This document shows positions 36,887-46,564 of a DNA stretch of 57,587 bases, piece by piece (the first letter of the stretch is position 1; each line of letters starts with the position of its first letter). A model generated the notes under the pieces. It made no database searches and was not told the origin of the DNA. It saw only the letters and a list, made by a program, of their open reading frames with translations. The DNA is from a virus. A program made the position numbers and the translations under genes. Where the stretch lies: the UHGV virus genome UHGV-0383221. The stretch is one strand, 5' to 3'.

Positions 36887-37352
36887 CTGTTATCAGCCTC
36901 TTTATGTATAATTCATATTCAGACTGTGATATGGCCCCAGAATTGAGCAACTGCTTCAAATATTCAGTATCATCTACGCTATTTACCCGTTTCTTGATTG
37001 CATATGCTTTCTGTCCGCCCCATGCTGCCAATTTCTCTACTGTATAATCATAGGGGGTATCCGTACTCCCATCTGGTCTTATAACCGGCATTGAATCAAT
37101 CCACAAAATTGAATGTTCATCTGCTTTGAAGTCCTCATTTGCTGTGGTCATAATTTTATCGTAGTCTGTAAACGCTCCAAATGGGGTATTCTCAGTAGTT
37201 CCTGACGGGGTTGATACACAAGCTGCTGATTGTCTTGGAATAGTAAATTGAGGGGCTGGCTGTCCCGTTGGCTTTCCATCCTTTACTCCCTCCATGTACC
37301 CAACATACATTGCATAATAAACGGTAGAGAGGTTCACTTGCAAATCCCTCAT
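36876..37352 (-). CDS. head closure / head-tail adaptor protein (158 aa)
   Basis: Position in the connector block. Confidence 0.4.
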   Translation of the reverse strand: MRDLQVNLSTVYYAMYVGYMEGVKDGKPTGQPAPQFTIPRQSAACVSTPSGTTENTPFGAFTDYDKIMTTANEDFKADEHSILWIDSMPVIRPDGSTDTPYDYTVEKLAAWGGQKAYAIKKRVNSVDDTEYLKQLLNSGAISQSEYELYIKRLITDED

Positions 37353-37708
37353 AATACCCCCACTTCTGGGATAATGTCATAGAAGAAATCAGATGGTACG
37401 CCAGCACCCCCATACTGTCTGGTTACTCCGGCTGCAGTATGCTGCGTTTCTCCTATTGCCCCGTCTTTACTATAAATATAATCAGCAACGTTTATAACCA
37501 CATGGGAATACTCCTTAAGAGCAGCTGCTACTTTGGCTTCGGTTGCTCCGAATGGATAGGCTTTCCTTATCACCTGGCGCTCCGCATCTTCCAGAAAATC
37601 ATAAAGGGTCAGTACATCTACATCATCCAGGGATGTAATATCTTTTTTTATCCGGCGGCAAAACCGTTTGAATAATTCATCCTTTTTAATCTCCACTGCT
37701 TCTGCCAT
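37349..37708 (-). CDS. gp6-like head-tail connector protein
   Basis: 119 aa. DVDVLTLYDFLEDAERQVIRKAYP resembles the phage gp6-like connector family. Confidence 0.45.
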   Translation of the reverse strand: MAEAVEIKKDELFKRFCRRIKKDITSLDDVDVLTLYDFLEDAERQVIRKAYPFGATEAKVAAALKEYSHVVINVADYIYSKDGAIGETQHTAAGVTRQYGGAGVPSDFFYDIIPEVGVL

Positions 37709-37720
37709 GCCATTCTCTCC

Positions 37721-37999
37721 TTACTGCCTTTCCAAAATCAGACCGATAAGAACACCCTTAGTTGCATCTTCTGTAAATTCAATGCCTTTTTCACCGCAAA
37801 TCTCAGTCAACTTGTCCCGGTTCATGGCCTTAAGCTGCCATTCCTTAAATATTCCTTCTGCTGGATTATCATCTTGCATGTTTTCCTCAGAAGTCTTATC
37901 CATTTTTTTGTTTTCCTGGAAGGTGCCAGTGTCCTCCGGCACATCTTCTCCAGGCCAGTAAAATTTCCCGCATACTTTTACCAGATGGTCATACTTCAT
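37721..37999 (-). CDS. small protein with Rho-N/SAP-like helix-extension motif (92 aa)
   Basis: LTEICGEKGIEFTEDATKGVLIGLILE motif. Sits directly after the capsid gene. Confidence 0.35.
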   Translation of the reverse strand: MKYDHLVKVCGKFYWPGEDVPEDTGTFQENKKMDKTSEENMQDDNPAEGIFKEWQLKAMNRDKLTEICGEKGIEFTEDATKGVLIGLILERQ

Positions 38000-38012
38000 A
38001 TTACTGCCTCCC

Positions 38013-39095
38013 TTACGCCACCTTCATCAGATGAGTGTCCATGATCCTCTCATAAGTCGGCAGCACAATTTCAGAGCAAATACACTGAGTTACAAGTGGA
38101 TGCGGAGTGGTAAAGGTATAAAGTGCCACGCCGGTATCAACAATGGAAAGCTCCCCGGTTGACTGATTTCCGGTTCTTTCCTCTGGTGTCCTGCCGTAAC
38201 AAGTGTTTCCAAGCATTCCCGTCCCTGGCAACATAACCACCATATAATCAGGAACAAATGTCTTTGACTCTTTCGCCTCATTTTTATACATCAAATCATA
38301 TATAACTATGGTGAGTTTCAGCTGTTCACGGAAGAACTTCTTTACAATTTCATCAGTAACCATAATGTTCACGCTTAAATTCTGAGCCAGAAGATAATTA
38401 TGGATTTTCTTATTCTTCACAATCAGCTGAAATGTGTTGTCATTCATGATTGCTACGGTTGGGACCGTGCCGTATTCCTTCCTATGTGCCTTCTGGGCCA
38501 TCCTCAGGTCCTCATATGGGTCTGAATTTTCAAAGTCAGTCCATTTGTCGGTCGCCGTGGTTAATTCAACATAGTTCTTACTTTTATACACCCCATCCGG
38601 GTCATAGTTATAATCGTAGTTTACTCCATTGGCAGAAATTGCAATCTTTGGTGCCCCATCGACTGGAGCAAGCAGCTGCCAAATCATACGCTCCGGCACG
38701 ACATTTGCACCCTGTATAAGGTCTGTCGGCCCTACCATGATGCGCTGCAAAATTTCTTGCACAAATGCCTCGTCAGAATTCATCAGTTTCTCATATTCCG
38801 CTGCATCCTTTTCCTTCACCAGATAAGACTCACGGAAGAAAGGCATTTCAGTTTCAATTTGCTTGAAACCAATTCTGTCCCTAAGAGTTGCCTGTGCGTC
38901 ATAATTAGACGGAGTAAGGGATACGGGCAGTCCACTGGAACCATAAAACCACTTCAGATCCATCAGAGGTGTTTTCTTTTTAGGAAATAATGTGGTTCCC
39001 AGATAAGGCGGAAGACCAAGCGACTTCTGGTAGCTGTTCCAAAATACACCCAAGGCCCTCGCTGTAAAAGCTTCATTTAATGGTAATGCAGGCAT
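38013..39095 (-). CDS. major capsid protein (lambda gpE-type)
   Basis: 360 aa. Preceded by a scaffold gene and a roughly 110 aa decoration-like gene, as in the lambda D/E arrangement. Confidence 0.6.
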   Translation of the reverse strand: MPALPLNEAFTARALGVFWNSYQKSLGLPPYLGTTLFPKKKTPLMDLKWFYGSSGLPVSLTPSNYDAQATLRDRIGFKQIETEMPFFRESYLVKEKDAAEYEKLMNSDEAFVQEILQRIMVGPTDLIQGANVVPERMIWQLLAPVDGAPKIAISANGVNYDYNYDPDGVYKSKNYVELTTATDKWTDFENSDPYEDLRMAQKAHRKEYGTVPTVAIMNDNTFQLIVKNKKIHNYLLAQNLSVNIMVTDEIVKKFFREQLKLTIVIYDLMYKNEAKESKTFVPDYMVVMLPGTGMLGNTCYGRTPEERTGNQSTGELSIVDTGVALYTFTTPHPLVTQCICSEIVLPTYERIMDTHLMKVA

Positions 39096-39126
39096 GATAT
39101 ACCTCCTTTATGTTTTATGTTGTGAG

Positions 39127-39450
39127 TTAATTGAAAAAAGTAATCCTCGGAAGCGCCGCCTTTGCCTCATCGGAAACGGTGATGCCATTTTCTGTCAGAA
39201 CAGGTGTTTTGACCGATCCCTCAAAGATATACGTTCCAGGATGTTCCCCATATGTTACATCAACGTCATGGAGTAACAGACCTTTGCATGTGGCATCATT
39301 TGCCGGCCAGGGTGTTCCTGCCTTAACAATCTTCAACCCGTTTGCATCTGCTGTAACTCCGCTATCAGATACCATGCAGGCCGCTCCTTTAAAATCATTA
39401 AACTTCAAGATTTCTTTCGGCTGCCCATATGATTTTCCGGTTACCTTCAT
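39127..39450 (-). CDS. head decoration protein (gpD-like)
   Basis: 107 aa beta-rich protein between the scaffold and capsid genes. Confidence 0.45.
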   Translation of the reverse strand: MKVTGKSYGQPKEILKFNDFKGAACMVSDSGVTADANGLKIVKAGTPWPANDATCKGLLLHDVDVTYGEHPGTYIFEGSVKTPVLTENGITVSDEAKAALPRITFFN

Positions 39451-39462
39451 CAGTTTTACCTC

Positions 39463-40044
39463 CTATTTATAAAAGTCAAATGCGCTGTTCTCCTGTGCTT
39501 TCGGAAGAGAACTAGCAAGTTTCTCAGCAAATTCCACGTCTGGGGACTTTTCGCCTTGACTCTTCCCATCGTCACCGCCGCCATCATCTCCCAAGTCATC
39601 CGTTAACTCTTTTTCTTTAGCCTTTGCTGCAGCAGTGTTTTTAGATGCAAGTGTTTTTGTAAATGCCTGGACACTCGCCAGGGATGCCGACAGATCCTCA
39701 CCAACAAAACTATCAATGAAGCCTGTGTAATCATCCTCTGTCAGACCAGCCTTCACCAGTTCCTCCGCAATTTTCACCTTGTTCTGGGCCTTAATATACT
39801 TTGATTTCTCGGTTTCTGCATCTTTCAGGGCCTTATCAAGCTTTTCTTGATCAGTCAGTTTATCAGCTTTCAGATCATCTAATTCCTTTTCAATGCTTTT
39901 CAACCGCTTAATTTCAGCGGCATCCATTGCAGCCTTATTTTTTTCAGCTTGAATGTCAATCTGGTATGCATTTAAGATTGCTGTGATCTGTTCATCCGTT
40001 GCATCTGGGAACTGTTTCTTAATGTCCTCGCGTGTTAATGCCAT
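39463..40044 (-). CDS. capsid scaffolding protein
   Basis: 193 aa, highly charged coiled coil (EKELDDLKADKLTDQEKLDKALKDAE). Acidic Gly/Asp tail. Confidence 0.6.
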   Translation of the reverse strand: MALTREDIKKQFPDATDEQITAILNAYQIDIQAEKNKAAMDAAEIKRLKSIEKELDDLKADKLTDQEKLDKALKDAETEKSKYIKAQNKVKIAEELVKAGLTEDDYTGFIDSFVGEDLSASLASVQAFTKTLASKNTAAAKAKEKELTDDLGDDGGGDDGKSQGEKSPDVEFAEKLASSLPKAQENSAFDFYK

Positions 40045-40178
40045 ATTTTCTCTCTCCTTCTGTATGCCTACGCTTTGTTATCGCGGGTTGCTCCGCTGGC
40101 ACCTGCTGTTTTTACGCCACAACTGGCAAAATAAAAAAGTACCAATCAAGCACCATTTCTGGTGTTATGAAAGGTACT

Positions 40179-40379
40179 CTAGGTACTCTGTTTTTTTCTC
40201 CCTGGCGGGAAATATTTGCATTCATTTGCCTCATAATCAAATGCCGTAATCCCTTTGCATTTCCGGCACTTGATTTCCGCATCCCCTCCGGCACGCCCCA
40301 GCAATCGGTCGCACTTAGGATTTGCGCATCTTATTTCCACCAGTGGCTTTTTTTGAATCTTGATTCTGCTGTTGTCCAT
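40179..40379 (-). CDS. small Zn-ribbon protein, Mu Com-like (66 aa)
   Basis: IRCANPKCDRLLGRAGGDAEIKCRKCKGIT carries a CxxC...CxxC motif with the spacing of the Com family. Its start lies inside the portal gene's 3' end (65 nt overlap). Confidence 0.4.
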   Translation of the reverse strand: MDNSRIKIQKKPLVEIRCANPKCDRLLGRAGGDAEIKCRKCKGITAFDYEANECKYFPPGRKKQST

Positions 40380-41778
40380 TTTCTGTTGCTCCTATCTTAG
40401 GTGTTGACTTTGCATCAAACCTTTTCTGCATTCGTTCCTTGGATTTTGAGTACACCCGCTGCGGGTCGCTAAACAGTGAAACAATGCCCAATGCTATTTC
40501 ATCATCAACTCCGCAGTCCTGTAAAATCTGTAATGCCTGCGCCTTAACAAGCATATTATCAGTCTTATTTCTGGTTATATTTACATCTATATCTCTAAGC
40601 TGGATATCCAGGATATCGTAGTTTCTTAGGATCCGGGTAACTACGCGCAGGAACTCCATTTCTGACTTCTTTTCTATGGGTTCCCCGATTTCTTCCCGCT
40701 TTTCAGCAAAGTCCCAACCATTACGCAGGTAAACCGCAGAGCCTGTATCTCCTCCGGTGTTCTGTTCCCTTGACGGCATTCCCTGTACAATCAGGAACGA
40801 TTTATAGAGGTCATCTTTTGTTACTTGGGTCTGGCTCTGATCCAACTGTGAGGATACCATATCCACATCTGCCGGCAGCCCCGGCTCTCCCTTAACAGTG
40901 ACCGCTCCGAGGTTGACCATTTCCATGAATTTGGTTTCGTCAATCTTGCAGTTTACAAACTTCATAAAGGCTTGTATGAACTGTTCAATACCATCCATCC
41001 GGTTCGAGGTTGCATTGTTTATTGCATCTGACAGTGTGATTGTCAATTCAATAACCCCTATCCTCCGGCTATTCTTCGGATACTCAATTATGGGGATTGC
41101 ATTAAGAGGATTGATTTTGCGTTCGATTATCTTACCGCCCTGTATCTTCCACCTCCGCTGCCTGGTGTAACATTCATATATGTCCCCATCCTTTTCGTTT
41201 TCAATGATTCTTACTCCCATTGCCGCCTTTTTACCTATTCGTTTGGAATAAACCACAAAAGCCAGCCGTGGATCTAAAACATCAAGTGTAAATGGGCATT
41301 CGCTGTTCTTCACATCTGCACCTTTGTTTGGTAGGACAAATCTGTATGCGGTGCCACATACATTCTGCCAGGTTCCAAGTTCAACATCCCAATATGCTTT
41401 ATTCTCCAACCTCATAAGAGTATTCAGTTCATTTATCTCTGTTGAAATATCCCTATCAGGGGAAGCATTCACATATTGTATTGGCTCACCATAATTTTGG
41501 GCCGTGTGGAAATTGGTAGCATCGAAAGCATAATTCTCCACAACTCTGTTGCAGATTTCCGGCCTAACCTTTTTATATCGGTAAAGAATAGGTTGATCAC
41601 CACGGTAATAGTTATCCAGATATTCGATCTCACCGCGGTTGATCTCATGATACACCAAGGCTTTACTCAGAATTTCAACAACATTGGTATCATTAATCGC
41701 CAATTCATCCGTGGAATAAACCCGGCGGCCAAAAAGATTCTCTCTCTTTTTATAGTTCCTTGTCCGTATTGGTTTCAT
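40315..41778 (-). CDS. portal protein (SPP1 gp6-like)
   Basis: 487 aa. Position after the terminase. Length and composition typical of this portal family. Confidence 0.65.
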   Translation of the reverse strand: MKPIRTRNYKKRENLFGRRVYSTDELAINDTNVVEILSKALVYHEINRGEIEYLDNYYRGDQPILYRYKKVRPEICNRVVENYAFDATNFHTAQNYGEPIQYVNASPDRDISTEINELNTLMRLENKAYWDVELGTWQNVCGTAYRFVLPNKGADVKNSECPFTLDVLDPRLAFVVYSKRIGKKAAMGVRIIENEKDGDIYECYTRQRRWKIQGGKIIERKINPLNAIPIIEYPKNSRRIGVIELTITLSDAINNATSNRMDGIEQFIQAFMKFVNCKIDETKFMEMVNLGAVTVKGEPGLPADVDMVSSQLDQSQTQVTKDDLYKSFLIVQGMPSREQNTGGDTGSAVYLRNGWDFAEKREEIGEPIEKKSEMEFLRVVTRILRNYDILDIQLRDIDVNITRNKTDNMLVKAQALQILQDCGVDDEIALGIVSLFSDPQRVYSKSKERMQKRFDAKSTPKIGATENGQQQNQDSKKATGGNKMRKS

Positions 41779-41939
41779 GGTTCACCTTCTATGTATTATC
41801 CAGTACTGCATCATGCGCAGTTGGTTGATTGCAAAGGCGGCCAGGGGTGGGGCCGCCATAACGGAAGTACAATGGAGTCATAAAAATATGACCATCCATA
41901 TACACCATAACACAAAACCATGTCCCGTATTCTGGCAAC

Positions 41940-42293
41940 TTAATCTTTTTCACGATTTAAAATTACAAAGAATCTCTTGCGGGCTGCATAAAACTCCTTG
42001 TCCCGGTAGGGCATACACATGACCTGTTTTAAGTACCAATAGGGCCTATCTTCGGTTACGTTCTTGATTATGTACTCTGCAAGTCCACAGTCCCCTCTTA
42101 TATCTTCGGAACTTTTGTTTGCCGCATACTCAACCAAGTTGACCTTCTGACGTAATCTGGGGGTTTCCTGACGGCTTAATCCATCTATCCATTCTTTATA
42201 CTGCATGGAGAATGCAACCAGCTCCTGCCTACGCTCATCTGATATTCCATATTGTGATAGGTTTACATATCTTTTACTCGGCAATTGCATCAC
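41940..42293 (-). CDS. hypothetical protein (117 aa)
   Basis: Intact ORF between the terL and portal genes. Confidence 0.4.
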   Translation of the reverse strand: MMQLPSKRYVNLSQYGISDERRQELVAFSMQYKEWIDGLSRQETPRLRQKVNLVEYAANKSSEDIRGDCGLAEYIIKNVTEDRPYWYLKQVMCMPYRDKEFYAARKRFFVILNREKD

Positions 42294-42341
42294 TCTCCTA
42301 AATTTTGAATTCGCTTATACTGCTCCAGTTTTCTCTGTGTC

Positions 42342-42626
42342 TTATTTTATAATTTTCACTATACACATCCTGTCATAGCGGCATTTTATTTTTTGCATAT
42401 CATCTATGATGTTCCATAAATTATTCTTTTCATCATTAAGCGCTTTCTCAGCATCAGCCTCTGTTTTGCATAGTGTATGAGGAATTATGTTTATTTTAAT
42501 ACCATCTAATTCCGAATTAATATAAGCAAATGCATATGGATATTCTTGTAACAAATCATTATTCGATATATCTTTAGATATGGATCCATATTTCATTCGC
42601 TTTTTGAAAGAGTTTAGTATTTTCAT
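42342..42626 (-). CDS. AT-rich hypothetical protein (94 aa)
   Basis: About 30% GC against the roughly 48% backbone. Confidence 0.4.
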   Translation of the reverse strand: MKILNSFKKRMKYGSISKDISNNDLLQEYPYAFAYINSELDGIKINIIPHTLCKTEADAEKALNDEKNNLWNIIDDMQKIKCRYDRMCIVKIIK

Positions 42627-42766
42627 CTTACGCTCTCACTTTCTTAATTCCCTCTCACAATCAGCTAAAAATCTCGGTCACAGGATATTATATATGGGTT
42701 GCAGTTTGGTGCGATACCAGCAGCGGTTTTCTCTAATCTTCCGTTTATAACCAATACTGTAAAATC

Positions 42767-43129
42767 CTAAATATTGCTTATTTTCCAGCTTATCGGACGT
42801 ACTCGTTCAGTAATATCTTTATACCCTAATTTTTTTAACCTGGCAGAGAACTCTCCCATAGATGGCTTCTCTTTATTGTGGTCTATCTCACCCATCAAAT
42901 GTAATAACTCCGGCATTTTGCTTAATGCCTCCCATGAATCATCATAGGCTTTTAATCTTATTCCTATATCTTCCCACACAATTTGAAACTCGCCTTCTGT
43001 TCCATCATTTTCATAATAGAAGCCAATCATCATATATGGGTATTCTGAAAACGGCTTAACAGAAGTTTCTCCATACCAGGCTTCATGCGGGATTGAAAAA
43101 GCTTTGGCTGATTCTAAAAATTCTTTCAT
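42767..43129 (-). CDS. AT-rich hypothetical protein (120 aa), immunity-protein-like size and composition
   Basis: AT-rich, W/Y/E-rich small cytoplasmic protein immediately after terL. Confidence 0.4.
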   Translation of the reverse strand: MKEFLESAKAFSIPHEAWYGETSVKPFSEYPYMMIGFYYENDGTEGEFQIVWEDIGIRLKAYDDSWEALSKMPELLHLMGEIDHNKEKPSMGEFSARLKKLGYKDITERVRPISWKISNI

Positions 43130-43155
43130 ATCTGTCCTCCAATTGCTATAGTTTA

Positions 43156-44769
43156 CTACCAGGGACGCTGCATAGGCTCACACCATCCACCACCATCCCT
43201 CCAGAAAGCTACCAATTGGGCCAAACTGTCTGGAGCATCGTCATGTTCATTCTTTCCCTCGCATGACAATTCAGTGAGTTCACTCATAAATTTCCTATAT
43301 TCTGGTGTAGCATTCTTATCGTCAATAAAATACAATCTTTTTATATCTGGGGCATGTTGGACAATCCTGGACATCTTTGCCTGTGTTCCTGGAGCATTAG
43401 CCCAAGAAAGATTACATGAAAAATTATCCTCCTGAAGAATACCATCCACGATTGTACAATACTCATGACCACCGTTATTTGCTTCAAAACGAACCATATG
43501 GGGGTGATTTCGCTTTATTGTTCCCACTACCAAAGGTCTAGTGACATCTTTGTCTCCCTGACTAAATACTAAATCATGGACATATCCCACCCCATTGAAT
43601 ACATAGACCACGGGCATTGAAAGGCTATCTCCGCCACCCCAAGCCACGTCACAGGCCGCCAAAATAAGGTCCGGCTCAATTGATGGAAGTATACCGTTAT
43701 AGTATTTCAAATCTTCGGCCGGGAACAACAAACCCTCTCGTTTAAATGGACGCCCCTGATACTTCGCCATCCACTCATTATTATCCAGTGTCTCTCGCAG
43801 GTTCTTATAATACTGAGTTGAAAACCCTTTTCCAAACTTGTAGACGAAATTACTCTCATCATTCTCATTCAGTGCCGGAATAACCCGGAATCTATACCTT
43901 GGGTCATCCTTATGCTGCGCCTGTACTTTTCCCAGCGGATCAGCTACATTCCACCGGGTTCCAACCATCAATTCTTTGGCATTATCCAGCTTACGATCAA
44001 GAATCTTATTCAGATAGTCCTGATATTTCCCCTCTAAACGCTGTGGACTTAGGGATTCCTTGCGATCCTTTATCAAGTCATCCGTATATAGAAGGTTTGC
44101 CGCTTCCACAGCACCTGTTGTGGTCCCTTCAATGGATCGGCAGGTCAATGTAGGGAACCGGCTAGGAGTATTGAGGTTGATCGCCTCATCTTCTGCGGAT
44201 GAACTTTCAAAGGTGACCCCCGGGAAAACATCCTTCCAGCAATATTCCTCGCTGCTGATAATATTCAGAGTTTCTTTGTAAAATCCTTTGGTAAGAGGGT
44301 CCGAATGGCCTGACATAAGGTTTGCAAGATCAGGATACTTTCCCATTTGCCAAGACATGAAAAAGATACAGGTTGTAGACTTACCAACTCGCGGCGGCAT
44401 GGACACGCCTAAAAAATCTATCTTTCCATCTTCCAGGTCCTGCAGGTCCTCAACCACCACCCGAAGCACATGACACCGCGGCAGATAGAACTGTTTTTCA
44501 GGGATACGCTTATGTTCCACATACAGTAGATACTCATGGAAGTAATGCGGTGCCAGAAATAGAAGTGACCGAATATATAATTCATAGAACCTGGTATCCT
44601 TCCTAGCAAGCGTATTGGCCTTGTTTTCAATTTTCCGTGCAAGCTTCAATGCTTGGACACGGTCCTCATCCAGTAAGTTCCGGCACATCTCAAAAAGCAT
44701 GGAGAGATTATCATACTGGTTCAGGTCCGTTTTTAAAAGGCGATTTACAATTTGATTGTTCTTTGACAC
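43156..44769 (-). CDS. terL: terminase large subunit
   Basis: Walker A GVSMPPRVGKST. C-terminal nuclease-type acidic motifs. 537 aa. Followed by the portal. Confidence 0.75.
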   Translation of the reverse strand: MSKNNQIVNRLLKTDLNQYDNLSMLFEMCRNLLDEDRVQALKLARKIENKANTLARKDTRFYELYIRSLLFLAPHYFHEYLLYVEHKRIPEKQFYLPRCHVLRVVVEDLQDLEDGKIDFLGVSMPPRVGKSTTCIFFMSWQMGKYPDLANLMSGHSDPLTKGFYKETLNIISSEEYCWKDVFPGVTFESSSAEDEAINLNTPSRFPTLTCRSIEGTTTGAVEAANLLYTDDLIKDRKESLSPQRLEGKYQDYLNKILDRKLDNAKELMVGTRWNVADPLGKVQAQHKDDPRYRFRVIPALNENDESNFVYKFGKGFSTQYYKNLRETLDNNEWMAKYQGRPFKREGLLFPAEDLKYYNGILPSIEPDLILAACDVAWGGGDSLSMPVVYVFNGVGYVHDLVFSQGDKDVTRPLVVGTIKRNHPHMVRFEANNGGHEYCTIVDGILQEDNFSCNLSWANAPGTQAKMSRIVQHAPDIKRLYFIDDKNATPEYRKFMSELTELSCEGKNEHDDAPDSLAQLVAFWRDGGGWCEPMQRPW

Positions 44770-44934
44770 AAATACCGCCCCTTTCTATGGTACGCTGCGG
44801 TACTCTCTATATTTTATATCTGTTATATATTCCTGTTTCTGTAACCCTTGAGGATTGATATAGTCAAAACTTCCATTCCTACTTCTTTTCTTTAATATAA
44901 AAACAACCACCAGTATTGATGGTTGTATATAAGC

Positions 44935-46227
44935 TTATGCCATTCTTATTTTTTTTAAAATATATTGCTTATCATAAGATGTTACATCAAAATCTGGAGA
45001 TGTAAAATGTTCTCCATTGTCCGGCGTAAACATATATGTATATAGCCTATATAGCACCTCAAGCTTCTCACTATCTGTTTTAGTGAAAGGCATCATTTTG
45101 AAAGCATAGTTTCTTAACTCTATCACCTCCGCCAAAACCTTTTCAAGTTCAGATAATAAATTCCCTGATGTAAATTCCCTTCCATTTGTTGTATTTGTAA
45201 GGCTTAACGCCCATACTATAGGCGCTAAAACATTAAAGCAAATCGCATAAGCTTTTGTTGTACATAGCGATCCCATTGTTTTAAATTTGGAATAATAAAT
45301 ATTATATTCTCTCATAGAAAACTTATAATAATTCCCAATAGCAATGACTATATATTGACAACTCAAACACGGGTTCCGAGAGTTATCTATAAAGTTAAGA
45401 TACTTATCTACGTTTATTTTTTCTAAGGTAAATTGGTATTCAAAAAATCTATTCAAGTATGCTGTCGCATTAAATTCAGCGCCATAATAATTCTTTATAG
45501 TATGAATCAATTGTGCTTTGTTTGTAGAGAACACAAAAATAATTCGTTCATCATTAAAAAAATGTTTAACACGTTCCAGTAATTTAATAGCATAATCAGG
45601 CTTACATCTATCAAGTTCATCCACAAAAAATATTAACTTATCACAATTCTCTACAATAATTTCTTCACATAACCGGCCTAAAAGTCTTGTGTTATATTCT
45701 GTGGAATATATAGAATTTAACTCATCGGATGAATCCATCAGTTTTTCAAAATCTAGGTTCACACCTTTTAATTTCAATAAACTTTCGCAGAATACCGAAG
45801 CTTTTTTTAACAGTCTTTCCTTTTTAGTTTCATCGTTTCCCACATAACCATTGACAACCAAATTATAAACTAAAGATAGTATCGGGTCCTGGTGTTCATC
45901 GGACAACCAGGCATCATAGTATACAGGAATAAATGTTTGATTCAAACTTATCTTATCTTTAACTACATTGCTCATGATATTACTATTCTCATTGCTTGAG
46001 TTAATTCCAAATTCAATGTCTCTTAAATGTTTTAATAGTAAAGCGGACTGCCTAACAAAAAAAGTCTTCCCATCTCCCCAATCTGCATCAAGTGATATCT
46101 TAACGCAACCATCTACATTATCCAAAAACCTCATAAAATCAAACAATTCTTCATTTCTACCAATTGGATTGATTTCTAATGTTTTTATGAGATTGGTTTC
46201 AATTGCATCCAATTCATATTTCTTCAT
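44935..46227 (-). CDS. KAP-family P-loop NTPase (430 aa)
   Basis: Walker A LDADWGDGKTFF. Walker B-like hhhhDELD (IFFVDELDRC). Length and layout typical of the KAP NTPase domain. About 28% GC. Confidence 0.6.
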   Translation of the reverse strand: MKKYELDAIETNLIKTLEINPIGRNEELFDFMRFLDNVDGCVKISLDADWGDGKTFFVRQSALLLKHLRDIEFGINSSNENSNIMSNVVKDKISLNQTFIPVYYDAWLSDEHQDPILSLVYNLVVNGYVGNDETKKERLLKKASVFCESLLKLKGVNLDFEKLMDSSDELNSIYSTEYNTRLLGRLCEEIIVENCDKLIFFVDELDRCKPDYAIKLLERVKHFFNDERIIFVFSTNKAQLIHTIKNYYGAEFNATAYLNRFFEYQFTLEKINVDKYLNFIDNSRNPCLSCQYIVIAIGNYYKFSMREYNIYYSKFKTMGSLCTTKAYAICFNVLAPIVWALSLTNTTNGREFTSGNLLSELEKVLAEVIELRNYAFKMMPFTKTDSEKLEVLYRLYTYMFTPDNGEHFTSPDFDVTSYDKQYILKKIRMA

Positions 46228-46308
46228 TTGTATCCTCCACTATAATTTTCATATAGATATGATACATCATATTGGAACAACCATCAATATTTAATTCTCA
46301 ATGTACAA

Positions 46309-46382
46309 TGGGGCGAACTGGTATCGAACCAGCACCCTCCGGTTTTTCAGACCGGCGCTCCGTCCTCGTAAGCTATCGCCCC
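46309..46382 (-). tRNA. tRNA-Phe (GAA)
   Basis: Manual fold of the reverse complement: acceptor GGGGCGA/TCGCCCC, D-stem GCTT/GAGC, anticodon stem CCGGT/ACCGG with loop CTGAAAA, T-arm GCTGG-TTCGATA-CCAGT, discriminator A. 74 nt. Confidence 0.7.
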
Positions 46383-46564
46383 TCAACGGGATCCCTCCCG
46401 TTAGCAACTTTGTTTATCGTGCCATGCATTTGCACTATCCGGTTCCAATTGTCACCAGCAACCTAACCCTCACGGCAGATTCGCTCCGCCTTAACAGCAA
46501 ACAGCTATGAGGGGGAAAGGATAAAGGCGAAATACCTCGCATGAATACGTCACATTCATGCTAT

